Source: a virus. From it: DNA of 64,000 nucleotides. Shown here in pieces: positions 1 through 9,650 of this stretch (positions within the stretch are counted from its first letter, which is position 1; each line of letters begins with the position of its first letter). The notes under the pieces were generated by a model. The model did no database searches, was not told the DNA's origin, and worked only from the letters and a program-made list of their open reading frames with translations. The DNA lies in the IMG/VR virus record IMGVR_UViG_3300029319_009496, positions 17,705 to 81,704 of that record, one strand, 5' to 3'. Made by a program: the position numbers and the translations under genes.

Positions 1-585
1 ACTATTGAAATGTTGAAAAACTATGATTCTAATTTTTCAATTAGATGGGTTGATACTTTAGAAACTAAAGATTATTGTTTAGCTAAAGCTAGAAATATGG
101 CAATGATAGAGTGTAAGGGAGAAGCAATAGTTATTTTAGATGATGATAGTTTTCCGGTTGAAGGCTTTATTCAAGCACATAAAAGTAGTGTTAAAAAAGG
201 AGTTTTAACTGGAGGCTATAGAAACTCACATGACCCAAGTGATTCTTTACATGCAAAAATGAAAAAAACACTATTAAAATATGGCATTCGAAAAGAAAAT
301 CCTATAGTTGAAAGAATAGTTGAGAACAATTGTTGTATGCTAACTAAAGACTGGATTGGATGTGGTATGTTTTCAGAAAGATTTGTAGGATACGGAGGTT
401 GTGGGCAAGAATTCATAGCAAGGCTGGCTTATCAGGGCTTTAAATATCAATTTAATCCAGATGCAATGATGTATCACCATAGAGAGTTTGAGGGTGATAA
501 CGGTCTTACTAGAGATATTAAAAATCAACAAGCATCAAAATCGATTGCAATGATTAATAAGCATTGTTGGAGTTATTATGCCTAG
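1..585 (+). CDS. GT2-family glycosyltransferase, probably 5'-truncated by the window edge
   Basis: LAKARN...GEAIVILDDD (GT-A DxD region) and GMFSERFVGYGG (Glyco_transf_7C-like). The frame is open back to base 1. Confidence 0.8.
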   Translation, partial: TIEMLKNYDSNFSIRWVDTLETKDYCLAKARNMAMIECKGEAIVILDDDSFPVEGFIQAHKSSVKKGVLTGGYRNSHDPSDSLHAKMKKTLLKYGIRKENPIVERIVENNCCMLTKDWIGCGMFSERFVGYGGCGQEFIARLAYQGFKYQFNPDAMMYHHREFEGDNGLTRDIKNQQASKSIAMINKHCWSYYA

Positions 586-1390
586 TGTCATTAGAGATAT
601 ATTTGAAGACTATGTCAAGAAAACTTATGATCTACAAGACTGTATCGCAGTTAATAATGGTACTAGTGCCTTAATAGCTCCGCTATGGTCAATGGATTTG
701 CAGCCTGGTGATGAGGTTATAACAACACCTTTTACTTTTATCGCCACTTCAAACGCTATTCTTATCGCCGGCGCAAAACCAGTTTTTGTTGATATTGATC
801 CTAATACTTTGTTGATCGATCCACAAAAAATTGAAAATGCGATAACTAAAAATACAAAAGCCATTATTCCAGTACATCTTTATGGAAGAGTTTGTGATAT
901 GGAAAAGATAAACAATATTGCAAAAAGACACAATCTTGTTGTAATTGAAGATACGGCACAAGCATTTGGGGCAACCTGCCACTGCGGTAATCATGCAGGT
1001 ATGATGTCAGATGTAGGAACTTTTAGTTTTTACAAAACCAAAAACATTTCTACTTTTGAGGGCGGAATGATATGTATACCAAAAAATTCTAAGCTAGATC
1101 ATGAAAAGATTAGGTCAATATGCGACCAGGGTCAAGTTGGAAAGTATAATCATGAATATATTGGATTTAACTTTAGACTAGCTGAGCCATTATGTTTAAT
1201 GGCATATGAACAAATGAAGCTTCATATGGAAGGAGTCAAAGCCGAGCTTGGTTTTAGAGGTCCAGAAAAAGGTCATTACCCAAATGTAGTTTATGAACAG
1301 CCAATTTATGTAAAGAAAGGTATATCAGGTGACTGCCCAATTGCAGAAAAAGTGGCTAAATCAATTAGAGAAAAAACTTATGACATATAA
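578..1390 (+). CDS. DegT/DnrJ/EryC1/StrS PLP-dependent sugar aminotransferase (shortened)
   Basis: AVNNGTSAL, PGDEVITTPFTFIAT, TKAIIPVHLYG, VIEDTAQA, FSFYKTKN(PLP Lys)...EGG, GFNFRL. Confidence 0.93.
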   Translation: MPSVIRDIFEDYVKKTYDLQDCIAVNNGTSALIAPLWSMDLQPGDEVITTPFTFIATSNAILIAGAKPVFVDIDPNTLLIDPQKIENAITKNTKAIIPVHLYGRVCDMEKINNIAKRHNLVVIEDTAQAFGATCHCGNHAGMMSDVGTFSFYKTKNISTFEGGMICIPKNSKLDHEKIRSICDQGQVGKYNHEYIGFNFRLAEPLCLMAYEQMKLHMEGVKAELGFRGPEKGHYPNVVYEQPIYVKKGISGDCPIAEKVAKSIREKTYDI

Positions 1391-2384
1391 TATAGGTGTT
1401 GTTGGGTGTGGAAAAATTTTTTCTCGTCATTTTGAAGCAATTAATCAAAATAAAAAATATAACCTAGTAAGTGTTTGTGATACAGACGAACTGACACTGT
1501 TAAATATTAGAGTGCCAAAAAATGTAAAAAAGTATAAAAATTATAGAAATATGATAGATAAAGAGGATATTAATTTTGTTGTAATTGCAAGCCCAAATGC
1601 TTTTCATTTTGATCATTGCATCTATGCACTTGAAAACGGATGTGACGCTCTTATAGAAAAGCCGGCAGTATTAAATCCAAAAAATTTAGATATTTTGCAG
1701 ACAGTTGCTAGTAATCATGAGCAAAAAATTTACGCTGTACTGCAAGTTAGACTTAATCCAGCCGTGCAAAATTTAAAATATTTAATCGATAATAATTTAA
1801 TAGGTGGAATAAGAGGTTTTAATCTAACACAAAGGTGGCAAAGACCAAAAGAATATTTTGATGATTGGCGAGGCAAGCCAAAAATTGGTGGAGGCATATT
1901 GCATGAGTGCGGTATTCATTATCTAGATATTCTTTGTTATTTACTTGGAAAGCCAAGTGTTGCCCATGCTAAAACGTATAATACTAAGCATAAAAATGTT
2001 GACATTGAAGATACGTTATATGCTAATTTAGATTTTGGTGAATATGGTGGCAATATAGAAATAACAATCGCTAGCGAGCCACATAATTTAGAATGTAGCC
2101 TTAGTTTACTAACGGATATAGGTTATATTAAATTAGGTGGAAAAGCAATGAATGTTGTAGAAGATATAAAATTTAATAGTGAAGAAAAAACTATACAGAT
2201 AAATAATTTTATGAATTTTAATAATAAAATTGTTAGCCCAAACTCTTATGGATCTTATGCAGGATCTTGTCCAAATCATCCAAATTTATATAATAATATT
2301 GAAAATTTTAATTTACAAGAAACAAAAAAAGTGTTACAGTTAATAACTGAAATATATGATTATTGTAAGATACAATATTTTTAG
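1380..2384 (+). CDS. Gfo/Idh/MocA NAD-dependent oxidoreductase, WbpB/WlbA-like nucleotide-sugar 3-dehydrogenase
   Basis: GVVGCGKI, ASPNAFH, LIEKP, VLQVRLNP, WQRPKEYF, WRG...GGG. The ATG at 1380 is more plausible than 1329. Confidence 0.88.
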   Translation: MTYNIGVVGCGKIFSRHFEAINQNKKYNLVSVCDTDELTLLNIRVPKNVKKYKNYRNMIDKEDINFVVIASPNAFHFDHCIYALENGCDALIEKPAVLNPKNLDILQTVASNHEQKIYAVLQVRLNPAVQNLKYLIDNNLIGGIRGFNLTQRWQRPKEYFDDWRGKPKIGGGILHECGIHYLDILCYLLGKPSVAHAKTYNTKHKNVDIEDTLYANLDFGEYGGNIEITIASEPHNLECSLSLLTDIGYIKLGGKAMNVVEDIKFNSEEKTIQINNFMNFNNKIVSPNSYGSYAGSCPNHPNLYNNIENFNLQETKKVLQLITEIYDYCKIQYF

Positions 2385-2393
2385 AGGCAAAAA

Positions 2394-3293
2394 ATGAGTA
2401 AGCTAAATGCTTGTATAGTTTATATTTCATCTAGAAATAGGTGTGTTGAGCATAGTTTAAAAAGTTTATGGGATATGTATAATAAGAATTATGATTATCC
2501 TGTTTATGTGCATTATTTCGATGATATATACGATTCTATAGATGTTCAAAAAAGAATTACAAGGCATAATAAACAAAAAGTTATATTTAAAAAAGTGCCC
2601 TATAGAACTCCATCTTTTATAGCAGAATCAGATTTATATTACAACAGAACAAATCTTTGGTATGTTGCAAGAAGTTTTCCCATACAAAGAAAAGGTTACT
2701 TACATATGTGTAACTTTACTAGTAATATGTATGGCTATGAAAATACAGAATTACATGAGTATGATTACATTATGACTCATGATGATGAGGCTGGATATGA
2801 AAAGCCTATACAAAAAGATCCATTTGAAATTATAGCCAATCAAAAAGAATACATTGGAGCTTATGACGTAGGACAAAGGTTAAAAAATGGCCACCCACAT
2901 CAAGGACATAAAGATACTAGAGTTGGTCTGTGGGAATTTACTAAAAATTTTTTGTTGCAAAATAATATAAAACCAAGCTCAAAAATATTACAAAGTCTAT
3001 TAGAAGATCCTGAAGCAGAAACAAGATATCATTATATTAAATGGTGCGATACATATGTAATTAAAACTGAGGTTTTTAAAACTAGCTTATGGAAAAAATG
3101 GATAAATGCTGTGAATGAGAGTGGTGGTATATATAAGCATAGGTGGGGCGATAATGAAATTATGACTTTTTTTGCTTATATTATACAACAAAAAATATAT
3201 AACTTAGACCTTGTTAAAACTGGCTTTCACAATCAAGGTATGTTTAGGCATATTCAAAACTATGCGCCGAGCGTAAAAAATTCAAATTTATAA
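2394..3293 (+). CDS. GT15 (Kre2/Mnt1-like) alpha-1,2-mannosyltransferase-like glycosyltransferase
   Basis: N-terminal NACIV...SL...NYDYP; GYLHMCNF (cf. SYRHMCRF); YDYI; SGGIYKHRWGD (cf. GGFYYERWGD). Confidence 0.8.
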   Translation: MSKLNACIVYISSRNRCVEHSLKSLWDMYNKNYDYPVYVHYFDDIYDSIDVQKRITRHNKQKVIFKKVPYRTPSFIAESDLYYNRTNLWYVARSFPIQRKGYLHMCNFTSNMYGYENTELHEYDYIMTHDDEAGYEKPIQKDPFEIIANQKEYIGAYDVGQRLKNGHPHQGHKDTRVGLWEFTKNFLLQNNIKPSSKILQSLLEDPEAETRYHYIKWCDTYVIKTEVFKTSLWKKWINAVNESGGIYKHRWGDNEIMTFFAYIIQQKIYNLDLVKTGFHNQGMFRHIQNYAPSVKNSNL

Positions 3294-3303
3294 AACAAAT
3301 TAT

Positions 3304-4287
3304 ATGAAAGTTTTAATTATCGATCCAAGAGTTCACACTTCCTTATCAAAAACATATAAGCATTATGATTATTTATATGATGAACTAAAAAAATATACCG
3401 ATTGTTTTCTATATCAGTCAATAAATTTTAACAATATTTATGAACCTTTGACACATGTTAGAGAGCAGGGCTTTAATCCAGATATAATATATTTTGGGAT
3501 GGGCTATTTTGCATTAAGTCCCCCTTATTTTTCGAAAAATTTAAAAACAGAAGATATTGATATACCATGTGTAGGGTTTTTATACAAGCCTCAAAATTTC
3601 TTATCAGAAAAATTAAATTTTTTAAAACAATTTACTGCAGCAATTTCATCCATACCAAATTGTAAAGAATATGAAAAAACAACTGGTATAGAATTTAAGG
3701 TTCTCTCCCAGGCAGGAGATGAAAAAGTTTTCTATGATAGAAAATTAGAAAAAATATATGACATTGGTTTTAGTGGAGCACTGCATGATAATAAGTTGTA
3801 TGTTGAAGGTGCTTTTAAATCATTTAATATACGATCACGAGCACAAGAAATATTGTTGAAAGAAAAAAATTTGTCTACTTTTTTAAACGGATCTGACGAC
3901 GCGTCGAAAAGACTACCAACTTATGAAGAGTATGCAAAAAAAATAAATCAATGTAGAATGTGGATAGCCACCCCAGCACCTTTTGAGGAAATAACTGGTA
4001 GATATTATGAAATAGGCATGTCAAACACTTTATTATTTTGTAGCGAAATACCTAAAATATATGAAACTATTTTGGTTGATGGAAAAAATTGTGTAACTTT
4101 TGATAATAATTTAAACAATTTTTTAGATAAGTTTTATTATTATTTAAATAATTGGCAAGAATCAGAAAAAATAATAAGCAATGCGTTTCAAGATTTTCAC
4201 AATAATCATACATGGGACAACAGAGCGCAGCAATTATATAGATATTTTAAAAAAATTTTAGAGAGGAAATATGAGAAACAACATTAG
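3304..4287 (+). CDS. CgeB-like / Glyco_trans_1_2 GT-B glycosyltransferase
   Basis: YDIGFSG, EEYAKKIN, RYYEI...TLLF, IISNA...HTWDNRA C-terminal pattern. Confidence 0.8.
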   Translation: MKVLIIDPRVHTSLSKTYKHYDYLYDELKKYTDCFLYQSINFNNIYEPLTHVREQGFNPDIIYFGMGYFALSPPYFSKNLKTEDIDIPCVGFLYKPQNFLSEKLNFLKQFTAAISSIPNCKEYEKTTGIEFKVLSQAGDEKVFYDRKLEKIYDIGFSGALHDNKLYVEGAFKSFNIRSRAQEILLKEKNLSTFLNGSDDASKRLPTYEEYAKKINQCRMWIATPAPFEEITGRYYEIGMSNTLLFCSEIPKIYETILVDGKNCVTFDNNLNNFLDKFYYYLNNWQESEKIISNAFQDFHNNHTWDNRAQQLYRYFKKILERKYEKQH

Positions 4288-5374
4288 CATTATTGGCATA
4301 GGTAAACTTGGTTTATGTTTTTCTTTAACTTTAGAAAAGTCTGGATATAATGTCTTAGGAGTTGATATATCAGAAGAATATGTTAACAAAATAAACGATA
4401 AGACTTTCAAGAGTGATGAAAAAAATGTAGAGCAGCTTTTACTAAAAAGCACAAATTTTAAAGCTACTACATCACTTGCAGCTGCGCTAAACCACTCAAA
4501 TAATATTTTTGTTTTTGTAGCAACACCTTCATTGAAAAATGGAAGATACGATCATTCTTCAGTAGATAAGCTTGTACAAGACCTCAAAAATTTTGGATTT
4601 CAAAAAAATAAAAAACATTTGATTATTGGATGTACAACAATGCCAGAATATTGTGATACAGTACAAGATCGTTTAAATAAATACAATTATGAGGTTAGTT
4701 ATAATCCAGAATTTATTGCGCAAGGAACTATTTTAAAAGACCAAGCAAATCCTGATATGGTTCTTATTGGCCAGGCCTCAGAAGAAGCTGGTGATATTTT
4801 AGAAGAAATATATATTAAGCACACTCTTAATAACCCACGTATTCATAGGATGACCAGAACAGAGGCTGAAATATGTAAAATATCTTTAAACTGTTTTTTA
4901 ACGACTAAAATAGCATACGCTAATATGATAGGTGATATAGCTTTATCTGCGAAATCAAGGCCAGAAAAAATATTGTCTGCGATTGGTAGTGATAGCAGGA
5001 TTGGCGGCAAGTATTTAAAATATGGATTTGGATATGGAGGCCCTTGTTTTCCTAGAGATAACCGCGCTTTAGCTATATTTGCTAAAGATAAAAATTCACA
5101 AGCATTGATAAGTATAGCTTCTGATGATAGTAATAAATTACATTTAAAAAATCAAGTAAATCATTTTTGTGAAAATCAAAAAATCTCAGAACCGGTTATA
5201 TTTGATAGTGTCACCTACAAACCAGAGTCGACTATGTTAGAAGAATCACAACAGCTTTTTTTTGCAGTTGAAATAGCAAAAAAAGGTTACAATGTTACGA
5301 TTAGAGAGAGAGAAGAAGTTATAAAACAAATTAAAAAAAATTATGGGGATTTGTTTAAATATGAATTACGATAA
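4271..5374 (+). CDS. UDP-glucose/GDP-mannose dehydrogenase family protein
   Basis: GIGKLG, VATPS, YNPEFIAQG, AEICK..LN, DSRIG, GYGGPCFPRD. Confidence 0.93.
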   Translation: MRNNISIIGIGKLGLCFSLTLEKSGYNVLGVDISEEYVNKINDKTFKSDEKNVEQLLLKSTNFKATTSLAAALNHSNNIFVFVATPSLKNGRYDHSSVDKLVQDLKNFGFQKNKKHLIIGCTTMPEYCDTVQDRLNKYNYEVSYNPEFIAQGTILKDQANPDMVLIGQASEEAGDILEEIYIKHTLNNPRIHRMTRTEAEICKISLNCFLTTKIAYANMIGDIALSAKSRPEKILSAIGSDSRIGGKYLKYGFGYGGPCFPRDNRALAIFAKDKNSQALISIASDDSNKLHLKNQVNHFCENQKISEPVIFDSVTYKPESTMLEESQQLFFAVEIAKKGYNVTIREREEVIKQIKKNYGDLFKYELR

Positions 5375-6116
5375 AGATAAAATAGTAGAGTGGCTATTAG
5401 AAAAATGTAACGACTCTAATTGCAATGGTTTTGTTGTTGGTGTTTCTGGCGGTGTTGATTCAGCTCTTACATCGACACTGTGTGCCCATACAAAAAAACC
5501 TGTTATTGTAGTTGGGATGCCTATTAACCAACAAATTGATCAACTTTCTAGATCACAAAAGCACATGGATTGGTTGTGTGATATTTTTCCTAATGTTAAA
5601 CAAAAAACATTTGATCTTTCTAAATCTTTTGAAATATTTTCGAAAGCAGTTGAGTGCAGATCTAAATTAGCACTAGCTAATTTTCAATCAAGAATGCGAA
5701 TGGCTGCTTTGTACTCAGTTGCAAATACAAATAATATGTTAGTTGTTGGCACTGGAAACAAAGTTGAAGATTATGGTATAGGTTTTTTCACTAAATATGG
5801 TGATGGTGGTGTTGATTTAAGTCCTATAGCAAATCTTTTAAAATCACAAGTTAAAAATTTAGCAGTGAAACTTGGTGTTATATCTGAAATAACTAATGCA
5901 ACACCTACAGATGGCCTTTGGGAAGATAATAGGAGCGATGAAGATCAAATTGGTGCTTCTTATGAAGAATTAGAATGGGCGTTGCAATATTATGATAAAC
6001 ATAAAAAACAAAATTTTAACTTAACTGATAGACAAAAGGATGTTCTTGAAATTTATTCTAAAAGACATTTAGCTAATAAACATAAATTAACAATGCCGCC
6101 CGTTTGTGAGTTGTAA
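5361..6116 (+). CDS. nadE: NH3-dependent NAD+ synthetase
   Basis: GVSGGVDS, NFQSRMRM, GTGNKVE, GFFTKYGDGGVD, PTDGLW, DEDQIG. Start placed at ATG 5361. Confidence 0.93.
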   Translation: MNYDKDKIVEWLLEKCNDSNCNGFVVGVSGGVDSALTSTLCAHTKKPVIVVGMPINQQIDQLSRSQKHMDWLCDIFPNVKQKTFDLSKSFEIFSKAVECRSKLALANFQSRMRMAALYSVANTNNMLVVGTGNKVEDYGIGFFTKYGDGGVDLSPIANLLKSQVKNLAVKLGVISEITNATPTDGLWEDNRSDEDQIGASYEELEWALQYYDKHKKQNFNLTDRQKDVLEIYSKRHLANKHKLTMPPVCEL

Positions 6117-6121
6117 AGCAT

Positions 6122-6811
6122 ATGAGTATTATGAAAAAATATAAAAAAAAGTTTCACATATTCAAAGATTTATTAGCAAAAGAAAATCCTGTTATAGTTG
6201 AAATTGGCGCTCATTTTGGTGAGGATTCAATGAGGTTTTGTGAAGTCTTTAAAGACCCTACAATTTATTGTATTGAGCCTGATCCCAGATGTATAAAAAT
6301 ATTTAAAAAGCATGTTAAAAATAAAAATATCAAACTTTATGAAGTAGCTTTTTCAGATAAAAATGGAGAAATGAATTTTTACCAAAGCTATAAGCCAAAT
6401 GAAATAAAAACTCCAGAAAAATATAATTGGATTAGTGACGATGATTATAAAAAATATAAACTCGGTAATTCTGGATCTTCATCATTAAAAAAAGGATATA
6501 AACATATTTTAGATGAAACAATAAAAGTGCAAGTTGTAAGATTTGATGATTGGGCAGAACAAAATAATATAGAAAAATTAGATTTAGCTTGGATAGATGT
6601 GCAAGGATCAGAAAAAAATGTATTGACAGGTATGGGTGATAGCATACATAAAATAAAATATATTTGGATTGAATATGGTGAAAAAGAATATGAAGGAGCA
6701 ATGTCTAGGCAAGAAACAATAAGCTATATGGCAGATAAAGGCTATCAAGTTATTAATTTTATGTCTAGTTTTTCTGATAGTGGTGACTTAATGTTTGAGA
6801 GCGTAAAATGA
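6122..6811 (+). CDS. FkbM-family methyltransferase
   Basis: VEIGAHFG, IEPDP, GSSS, WIDVQGSE..VL.G. Confidence 0.88.
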   Translation: MSIMKKYKKKFHIFKDLLAKENPVIVEIGAHFGEDSMRFCEVFKDPTIYCIEPDPRCIKIFKKHVKNKNIKLYEVAFSDKNGEMNFYQSYKPNEIKTPEKYNWISDDDYKKYKLGNSGSSSLKKGYKHILDETIKVQVVRFDDWAEQNNIEKLDLAWIDVQGSEKNVLTGMGDSIHKIKYIWIEYGEKEYEGAMSRQETISYMADKGYQVINFMSSFSDSGDLMFESVK

Positions 6812-7503
6812 AAATTTTGTATATACACATCCCGAAGACTGGTGGGACTAGTTTTGAAAATGTTTTATCAAATTTTAAAAATACAGTTATAACAGAAAAT
6901 CATCCTATGTATAAAAATCATATTGAATATCATCAAAATATTGGAAATGTTTTAAATTTTAACTTATCCAGAGCAGAACATTTTCGAAAAGTATTAGGTC
7001 CAGAATTTTACAATAATGTTTGGTCTATAGCGATAGTTAGAAATCCTTGGGACAGATATGTATCGAATTGGAAATGGCTAACTAGAGAATCATGTAAATA
7101 TAATAATTATACAAAAACTAATGGTGTAGTAACATTTGATACTTTTGTTAAAGAATCAGTTCAATGCTATAATAGAAATACCATGTATTATGATCATCAA
7201 AAGTGGCACATTAGAAATCAACTAGAACACATAACAGACAAATCAAAAAATATAATAGTATCACACGTTGGAAAGTTTGAAGATTTAGAAAATGAATTTA
7301 AAAACCTTTGCTGTAAGGCAAAAATAGATGCACAGTTACCTTATCTAAATTATGATGGCCATTATTCTGGTGAACAAAAAAAACACGAACCAAAAAAAAT
7401 TCACTACTCGCAGCACTATACACAAGAATTAGTTGATATTGTTGCAAGAAGATGTAAAGAAGATATTGAATTTTTTAAATATGATTATGAAGAGATTAAT
7501 TAA
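6808..7503 (+). CDS. Carbohydrate sulfotransferase (Sulfotransfer_2 family)
   Basis: 5'-PSB HIPKTGGTS, 3'-PB VRNPWDRYVS, GKFEDL, DIEFFKY. Confidence 0.9.
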   Translation: MKILYIHIPKTGGTSFENVLSNFKNTVITENHPMYKNHIEYHQNIGNVLNFNLSRAEHFRKVLGPEFYNNVWSIAIVRNPWDRYVSNWKWLTRESCKYNNYTKTNGVVTFDTFVKESVQCYNRNTMYYDHQKWHIRNQLEHITDKSKNIIVSHVGKFEDLENEFKNLCCKAKIDAQLPYLNYDGHYSGEQKKHEPKKIHYSQHYTQELVDIVARRCKEDIEFFKYDYEEIN

Positions 7504-8342
7504 TGGGAAATGTAACTGTACAATTAACAAACGGTTTTGGAAATAATATTTTTCAATATGTTGCAGCGCGCTTATTAGCTGAACACCATAATAGTGAGCT
7601 TTGTGCAATTCCACCACATGACAAATATTATGCAATTAATGACCTATCAACTTTAGGTATTAAATTTATTAATCATAAATATCAAAAGCAAAATTCATTT
7701 TTAATAAGTGAAAAAAATTATCTTGAAGCTTTTTCAAAAAATTATTCTGATGCCGATTTATTGTTGAATGGTTATTTTGAAGATTATACCTATTATTTTA
7801 AACATATAGAAAAAATAAAAAGTTGGTTTCCTAAGCAACAAGTAAGAAACAACAATGATCTTGTAATACATATGCGAACTGGCGATAGGCTTTTTATGAA
7901 AAATGAATTTTATTCAAAACCCAGAGCTATGAATTATTTACGAGCAATAAATAAATTTGAATTTAATCAACTACATATTGTAACTGATATGCCAGTTTGG
8001 GACTATGTTACAGAAAATGATTTAAAAAACTTTAAATTTCATGTTAATATAGCAGAAAATAAAAGAGTGCCTATTGCTGAATCAGTTAAATATTTTAATG
8101 AAATTGTTGAGGCGTTTTCTTTTTACTCCCCGATTATAAAAAAAAGAGGTATATTAGAAGATTTTAATCATATTAGGAGCTTTAAAAATATTTTATTTGA
8201 ACATGGAACATTGTCTTGGTGGGCAGCAGTTTTGAGTTCTGCAAAAAAAGTGGGCGTCTATGGTCCTTGGCGTCCTTGGAAGGCTGAAAAAAATAAAAAC
8301 TTAAGTGACATACCAATTGATACTTGGTTTAAGTGGGAATAA
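7503..8342 (+). CDS. GT11-like (alpha-1,2-fucosyltransferase-like) glycosyltransferase
   Basis: GFGNNIFQY, GYFE, HMRTGD (HxRxGD), TLSWWAA. Confidence 0.82.
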   Translation: MGNVTVQLTNGFGNNIFQYVAARLLAEHHNSELCAIPPHDKYYAINDLSTLGIKFINHKYQKQNSFLISEKNYLEAFSKNYSDADLLLNGYFEDYTYYFKHIEKIKSWFPKQQVRNNNDLVIHMRTGDRLFMKNEFYSKPRAMNYLRAINKFEFNQLHIVTDMPVWDYVTENDLKNFKFHVNIAENKRVPIAESVKYFNEIVEAFSFYSPIIKKRGILEDFNHIRSFKNILFEHGTLSWWAAVLSSAKKVGVYGPWRPWKAEKNKNLSDIPIDTWFKWE

Positions 8343-8343
8343 T

Positions 8344-8922
8344 ATGAAAAATAAACATCTAGATTTTTGGCAAGAGGACTGTACAATTGATAAATTTAAG
8401 TCTTGGTGTCATAAAGATACAGAGTGGAAAAATTATGTTTTACAACAAATATTAGAAGTAAACTCAACAAGTGTTTTAGATATTGGTTGCGGCACTGCAC
8501 ACATGGGAGAGAAATTAAAATCTATTAGTCCAAAAATAAAATACGTTGGAACAGAAATAACAAAAAAGTTTGTCGAATATAATAAAAAAAATAATTTTAA
8601 TTGCATCGAAAACGATATGGTTGTTTTACCATTTCAAGACAATGAGTTTGATACAACAATATGTTTAGATGTTTTAAATCACCAAATAGAATATGAAAAC
8701 AAAATTTTAGAAATGTTAAGAGTCACAAAAAAAAAGTTAATAATTAGTTTTTTCAAATCATGGGAGAGGCAAAATAGAATAGTAGAAAAGCATAAAAATT
8801 TAATCTATCATCATTTTTCTTTACAAAATTATGAAACTTTTTTAAGAAAAAATAATTTACAATACAAATTTTTAGATTTAAATTTAGCGGTAAATCCAAA
8901 AATATTAATCATAGAAAAATAG
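8344..8922 (+). CDS. Class I SAM-dependent methyltransferase
   Basis: VLDIGCGT, LPFQDNEFD, VLNH, EMLRV. Start placed at ATG 8344. Confidence 0.88.
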   Translation: MKNKHLDFWQEDCTIDKFKSWCHKDTEWKNYVLQQILEVNSTSVLDIGCGTAHMGEKLKSISPKIKYVGTEITKKFVEYNKKNNFNCIENDMVVLPFQDNEFDTTICLDVLNHQIEYENKILEMLRVTKKKLIISFFKSWERQNRIVEKHKNLIYHHFSLQNYETFLRKNNLQYKFLDLNLAVNPKILIIEK

Positions 8923-8930
8923 GATAAAAA

Positions 8931-9638
8931 ATGAATGAATTAAAAAAACTTGGTATTAAACATAGAACTGATAAAGCTTATCGTCATTTTTATATGGATG
9001 AAGTATATTTTCCACTTTTTAAAAATTTAAAACAATCTAAAATTAAAATACTAGAAATTGGCTGTGGTCGTTTTGGAGGCTCTGTTAAAACTTGGAAAGA
9101 TTTTTTTATAAATGGCAGTGTTTATCTTTTTGATCCGTTTTTTATAAGAGGACAAGATGAAATTGGTCCTTTTAATGGTGATAAACAAGACATTGAAAAA
9201 TATGGAATTACTGTAATACAAGGTAATCAATTAAGCAGGGAGGATCTTGCTAGCGCCTCTCAATATTGTGAGGATGGATTTGATTTTATAATTGATGATG
9301 GTGCTCATATGAACGATGCAATTCAAATTTCACTAGCATCTTTATTTCCTTTTTTAAAACCAAAAGGTTGTTATATTATTGAAGATTTGAATACTGCTAG
9401 AAGAAGAACTCCAGAAGATGTTAATCACTGGTTAAATAATTCTGAAAACGTTTTTTGTGATGAAAAAATATATCACAAAGATGAAATTCATATACTTGAT
9501 AGTATAAAGCAATATGAAGATGATAAAACTTGGAACTCTAAACTTCTATCACAAAAAGAAAAAAATTATTTAACAGATAATATTTCTAATATTTCAGTTC
9601 ATCCATCTGAAATGATATGTTTAATAAACAAAAAATAG
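8931..9638 (+). CDS. SAM-dependent (sugar) O-methyltransferase, MycE/Methyltransf_24-like
   Basis: TDK..RHFY, ILEIG, FDFIIDDGAH, LKPKGCYIIEDL. Confidence 0.82.
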   Translation: MNELKKLGIKHRTDKAYRHFYMDEVYFPLFKNLKQSKIKILEIGCGRFGGSVKTWKDFFINGSVYLFDPFFIRGQDEIGPFNGDKQDIEKYGITVIQGNQLSREDLASASQYCEDGFDFIIDDGAHMNDAIQISLASLFPFLKPKGCYIIEDLNTARRRTPEDVNHWLNNSENVFCDEKIYHKDEIHILDSIKQYEDDKTWNSKLLSQKEKNYLTDNISNISVHPSEMICLINKK

Positions 9639-9650
9639 TAAGGAACAAAA

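Noticed and set aside
5333-5340. Poly-A runs as phase-variation or frameshift sites
   Set aside because: Such runs are expected from Lys codons at this AT content, and no broken gene is associated with them.
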